A DNA stretch of 64,000 bases from Vitrella brassicaformis CCMP3155 (taxonomy: Eukaryota > Protista > Chromerida). The notes beneath the pieces were generated by a model, which was not told the origin of the DNA, made no database searches, and saw only the letters and a list, made by a program, of their open reading frames with translations. The position numbers and the translations under genes are program-made. The stretch spans positions 62,001 to 126,000 of the forward strand of contig CDMY01000061.1 of assembly GCA_001179505.1 (NCBI GenBank), read 5' to 3'. This document shows positions 60,151 through 64,000 of this stretch, in pieces. Numbering within the stretch: position 1 is the first letter of the stretch; each line of letters opens with the position of its first letter.

Positions 60151-60345
60151 GGCCGAGAATGGGCTGTCAGGGGCACGTGGCACGTGATGCTGACAGGCAG
60201 CCCAATGCGATGAGACTCGCGAGAGGTCGGGGAGATGGTGCAGCCGGGAGGATGACTAAAATGCATAAAGCATTCAAACCGCCTCCAGTGCTGCCCTCAG
60301 CCCGTTGCAGCTCCCCCTGCTTCTTCCCCTTCCCGTCCTCATCGT

Positions 60346-60376
60346 CTGAGAGAGCGGTTTCACGCAATGTCCTAAA
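60346..60376 (-). promoter_or_regulatory. Copy of shared promoter element (reverse complement TTTAGGACATTGCGTGAAACCGCTCTCTCAG)
   Basis: Contains both the 26-bp match to 55926-55951 and the 19-bp match to 46024-46042; lies between divergent ATGs 60150 and 60512. Confidence 0.75.
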
Positions 60377-60511
60377 ATCTGCGATTTGGCTACACCTCGA
60401 GATCAGACGCTCTGGTCGCTTTCCGTTACGTCAACGTCAAAAGAAACGTAGCTCATCACTTCTGGCACGTACGTTGGCAACCCGTCTCATCCATTCATCT
60501 GCTTGACGCCA

Positions 60512-61856
60512 ATGAGGCTGTCGATGCCGTCGCCGCCCGTCCGTCGAGCAAAGTGGGAGCCGTGTAGAAGGAAGAGCCAGTCGTCAGCCCTCCCCGATGG
60601 TGCGGCTAAGCCCGATCTCACGGCGAGGGTGCATCGCACCGCTGCCAGGGGTGCCCTGTCGAGTGTTGGTGTGGAGTCGCTGACGTTCAGGCAACTTGTG
60701 CCTGCTGACATGGATGACATCGCCAAACTGCACTGCGAATGGTTCCCACTCAAGTAAGCTAGCAAGGGAGGCGAGGCGAGGCGAGGCGGACACGGCGAAT
60801 GAAATGAATGGTGTGGTGTGGTTGATATATGTGATGGTCTGTCTGTCTGATTGTGTGGTGCTTTAGGTATGACAATCAGTTCTACGAAGGCATCTGCAAC
60901 GGATACTACTTCGCGCTGGCCGCGGTCTACTACCCGCCCCGCCCCTCCCTGCCTTCCCCAACGCCCCCTCCCACACGCAGCCCACACACCTGCACACACA
61001 CATCGCTGCAGATTGACGAGGCTGGCGGGTGCGGCGATGACCCATGCGCACACACGGCCATGAATGGCACGGACGATCGCGCCACCAGTGCCACCGAGTG
61101 TGTGTCGGGGTGCCTTCCGCCGCTGCCGAGGATAGGATCGCCGCCTGGCTGCGTGAGGAACTCCGTTGCGAGATGTCAGGGTATGGCAGATGTGGACGGG
61201 AGCGGGGGTGCCTCGGCCGATGGTGGCGGGAGTGGGAGCGGTGGTCAGGAGGAGGTGTGTTGCGATGATGGTGGGGGTGAGGAGGATGGGGAGGATGGGG
61301 AGGGTGGTGAGCCTGTGATTGTGGGGGTCATCACGGTGTCCACGCACAAGAAACACATACATGACGACGTAAGCATCCTCACTGGACAAGGGCAGCACAT
61401 GGGCAGCAAGCACATGGGCAGGAGGGGCATGAGTGTCATTTGTTTTGGTGTGTGTGTTGGTGTGTCGTCGTCAATCAGGATGTGTCGACTGTGTTGGCAT
61501 GCGGCTGGCCGTGGGAGACTCAGAACCTCGCGTACATCCTCACACTGGGTGTAGCTGACGAGTTCCGCCGCCGGGGTCTGGCCCGTGAGTTGATTCTGCG
61601 GACACTGCAGCACTACCGGCAATCGGAACCTGCCATTAAGGTGAGGGAGGTGGTCACTGCCAGGCGAGTGGGCCCGGGAGGTGATGTGTGTGGTGTGTGG
61701 GTGTCTGTCTGTCTCTTTGCAGGCGATCTATCTGCATGTGGTGACGTACAACAAGGCCGCCATCCGGCTTTACGAGAGCCTGCAGTTCCAGCAACTCAAA
61801 CACATACCCGTGAGCCAGCAAGGAAGGGCTCTGGTGGTCATGTGTCATGTGTATCC

Positions 61857-61910
<54 letters not shown>

Positions 61911-62522
61911 AGGAGTTTTATCAGCTGCTGGGTAAGATGTACGACTCGTATCTCTATGCCTGCTACATCAACGGCGGCATGCCGCCCCTCGCGAGGAGGA
62001 TTTCCAACGCACTCTCATCACTCACAGGTGAATCAGCCAGCCAGCACCCACTGCCCTCAGGCAGGCAGGGAGGGGGGATGGTCTCTGTAGCCGCCTGTGT
62101 GTGCATCGTGTGTACGGGGCAGGGTGGTCTCTGCAGATGCGGCGGACCATCAGACGATGCAAACACAGAGGTCGGTCGGTCGATTGCGCATGACATGACC
62201 GGCCTGCCTCTGCATCATTCGCTCTCTGTCCGATGTGATTGATGTGCCTGTCTGCAGACACAGGCTCCCGTCTCCTGCTGCCACAAACGAGTCACCCTCC
62301 ATCGAGCGAATGAGCACTGCTGACCGTGACAAGCTCAGCGCCGGGCAATCGCCCTGGTGGTGGTACTGGAAGCGGGAGCGGAATCAGCGCCGAAGGAGGA
62401 GGGACGAGGTGGGCAGAGGGCGCGACGCGACCAGCCTCGCGAGGCTGAGGCTGCTGCGGGGGCAGACGTACGGGGGGCCGTGTGTTGCACACGAGAGGGA
62501 GAGGCGGAGTGTGACGGACTGA
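60512..62522 (+). CDS. NAA60: N-alpha-acetyltransferase 60 (NatF/HAT4), GNAT fold, with low-complexity insertion
   Basis: LTFRQLVPADMDDIAKLHCEWFPLK|YDNQFYE...IVGVIT...AYILTLGVADEFRRRGLA..L...|AIYLHVVTYNKAAIRLYE..QF...|FYQL.GKMYDSYLYACYINGGMPP; the LHV.T.N..A and YINGG.PP motifs are typical of NAA60. Confidence 0.9.
61856..61908. repeat. Compound (CT)n(GT)n microsatellite at intron 3' end (representative of dozens in the window)
   Basis: CTCTCT... followed by GTGTGT... ahead of the TTTGCAG acceptor. Confidence 0.95.
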
Positions 62523-62653
62523 TCAATAAGAGATGGAATGATGGGTGGATGGATGGATGAGGATGCGTTGTGTAAGTTGTGGTGTAATGCCGCTTGCCGT
62601 GGGTAGGTGGGTGTTGGGTGTAGAGGGAGGGAGGGAGGGGGATAGACAGACAA

Positions 62654-62686
<33 letters not shown>

Positions 62687-62936
62687 TAGATAGATGGTGG
62701 TTGGTGTGGTGTTGGGTGTGCGGGTGCAGGGGCTGGCTGGCTGGTTTGGGCGGTCATGTGATATGGATGGATGGATGGATGATCCGCGGACGGACTGTTT
62801 GTCGGTCGGTCAATGTATGTATGTATGTATGTGTCTATAGTGTGTCTCGGTCGGTGGTCACACAGGGTGGGTGGATCCATGGATTCATCGATGTGTGCAA
62901 GTAGGTAGGCGATCGGTCTCTTACCCCCCCCCCCCC

Positions 62937-63236
62937 NNNNNNNNNNNNNNNNNNNNNNNNNNNNNNNNNNNNNNNNNNNNNNNNNNNNNNNNNNNNNNNN
63001 NNNNNNNNNNNNNNNNNNNNNNNNNNNNNNNNNNNNNNNNNNNNNNNNNNNNNNNNNNNNNNNNNNNNNNNNNNNNNNNNNNNNNNNNNNNNNNNNNNNN
63101 NNNNNNNNNNNNNNNNNNNNNNNNNNNNNNNNNNNNNNNNNNNNNNNNNNNNNNNNNNNNNNNNNNNNNNNNNNNNNNNNNNNNNNNNNNNNNNNNNNNN
63201 NNNNNNNNNNNNNNNNNNNNNNNNNNNNNNNNNNNN
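62937..63236. other. Assembly gap (300 N) flanked by poly-C on both sides
   Basis: N run with C homopolymers on left and right. Confidence 0.99.
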
Positions 63237-64000
63237 CCCCCACGAGTACCTTCCCGCCCTGCTCCCAAACCCGCCGTACATACAGGCACCCCGATGCAGA
63301 GGGCCTGTCGCTGATGGAGGTCAGAACAGAACACTGTCGTCAGGCCGCGGAAACAATACAGACAGACATCCATACACAGACAGACAGACAGCGGAGATGA
63401 TAAATATGCATGCGGCTTTGTGATATGTACGGCTCCCGACCCCTCTTCCGTTCGCGTCGCTGATCCGAGACGGTGTGTCGCTGGCTGGTTGGGGCCAGTT
63501 CTAACAGACCATCTTCACCAGGGCGCGCGCACGAGAGGAGACGGCAGCGTGGCCAAGGCAGACACCAATCATACACACAAGAAGACATGCAGGGAATGCA
63601 TATACGACGATGATGAATATATGCACACCCTACATGTCATGGAAAGAAACACACCCATTCCATTCCGCCAGCCCACACCAGCACACACACCCACACCCAC
63701 GCTGAGTGTTTCATGGCCCCTGATTTTATGAGTGTTTCAGGGCGGCAAAAATATGATGCACCCACCCCACCCCACCCCACCCAGCCCCGGACGCAGGCAC
63801 ACACCACACCCACCCATCCCATGCAGCAACAAACAGGCCAAAAATGGTCGGTCACAGGATCTCAACTAAGTCATCTTACACCACAGAGACCACGGCACGT
63901 CATACACTCACTCCCAGCATTGTTGCATTAAGCGCTAGTCGAAAACTGCCCACACACACCACACCCACTCATAGCATATATAGCACAGGACACACGTGCA

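Noticed and set aside
63240-63600. Possible minus-strand exons (ORF 63340..63588 and a short segment near 63290)
   Set aside because: AG/GT-bounded segments exist but give no recognisable protein, and the adjacent gap prevents building a model.
1-64000. tRNA, rRNA, snRNA or dinoflagellate-type spliced-leader sequences
   Set aside because: None recognised by eye; tRNAscan-SE and Infernal/Rfam would be needed to exclude them.

Overview
Eukaryotic, GC-rich, gene-dense and very intron-rich window. Short spliceosomal introns are filled with (AC)n/(GT)n/(GACA)n microsatellites and there are four 300-N scaffold gaps. The mix of a plastid-targeted RedCAP, a flagellar DM10 protein, HPR/OPR-type repeats and lineage-expanded F-box and ankyrin-like genes points to a chromerid alga such as Vitrella brassicaformis (inference, not checked by search). 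About 22 multi-exon genes can be reconstructed by hand, in order: EF-hand protein, EFHC1/Rib72, acylated F-box-like protein, Tubby, PP2A scaffold A, coiled-coil protein, two-domain phosphagen-kinase-fold protein, RedCAP, RUN + Rubicon-homology protein, secreted PPC-like protein, 7xFAS1 protein, unknown membrane protein, HPR/OPR protein, MED7, ankyrin-like fragment, Cys-rich protein, XPG/PIN-like protein, ankyrin-like protein, MIT protein, CXIP4-like protein, plastid alpha/beta hydrolase, NAA60. Exon boundaries were inferred by eye, so CDS coordinates are gene spans. Most notable observations: (1) a C2-like + RIIa-docking + tandem phosphagen-kinase protein in which both active sites are degenerate and a ~219-bp block is homogenised between the domains; (2) almost strict head-to-head gene pairing, with a long shared element (TTTAGGACATTGCGTGAAACCGCTCTCTCAG; core AGCGGTTTC) in several bidirectional promoters; (3) an intron-rich gene carrying an ordered XPG/FEN-type acidic motif set resembling the Academ transposon nuclease; (4) introns with 5' AC and 3' GT repeats that could pair. 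No rRNA, tRNA or CRISPR array was recognised.
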